This document shows positions 63,997 to 64,000 of a stretch of 64,000 nt of DNA, piece by piece. Position 1 is the first letter of the stretch. Each line of letters begins with the position of its first letter. Under the pieces are notes generated by a model. It ran no database searches, was not told the origin of the DNA, and saw nothing but the letters and a program-made list of their open reading frames with translations. A program made the position numbers and the translations under genes. Source of the DNA: Elusimicrobiota bacterium (lineage in GTDB: Bacteria; Elusimicrobiota; Endomicrobiia; Endomicrobiales; JBDRNC01); the NCBI GenBank assembly GCA_043811535.1, contig JBDRNC010000003.1, positions 1 through 64,000 on the forward strand. Direction: 5' to 3'.

Positions 63997-64000
63997 TGAA

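Overview
Core-chromosome window of a diderm bacterium, about 50% GC by eye. An Elusimicrobiota-like lineage is my guess and cannot be proven from the window. Nearly all genes are on the + strand. In order: the 3' end of an IS200-type transposase, wecB, rlmI, queF, a partial dcw cluster (murC-murB-ddl-ftsQAZ), pilT-like ATPase, pgeF, pheA-hisC-aroF-tyrA-aroA-plsC-ispH-rpsA (no cmk), a peptidase/beta-propeller/beta-barrel outer-membrane protein, a CapA-YkuD fusion, a LacI-regulated secreted glycosidase, rplM-rpsI, glnA(III)-gltBD, hup, aminotransferase-hom, a BirA-operator biotin operon containing fabG/fabF paralogs, pgi, proB, rpsF-ssb-rpsR-rplI-dnaB-alr and mlaE-mlaF. The most striking signal is non-coding. 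Most gene junctions hold short-period (7- or 8-nt) tandem arrays, usually as a left arm plus a reverse-complement right arm, built from more than ten different units. There are hybrid arrays, nested cassettes, and copies that sit in frame inside housekeeping genes (wecB, ddl, tyrA, bioA). Several other palindromic element families occur, one of which supplies the SD and ATG of rplI. ANTAR-like hexaloop/terminator switches precede glnA and gltB. I found no rRNA, tRNA or CRISPR array. All gene calls come from motif recognition, with no database searches.
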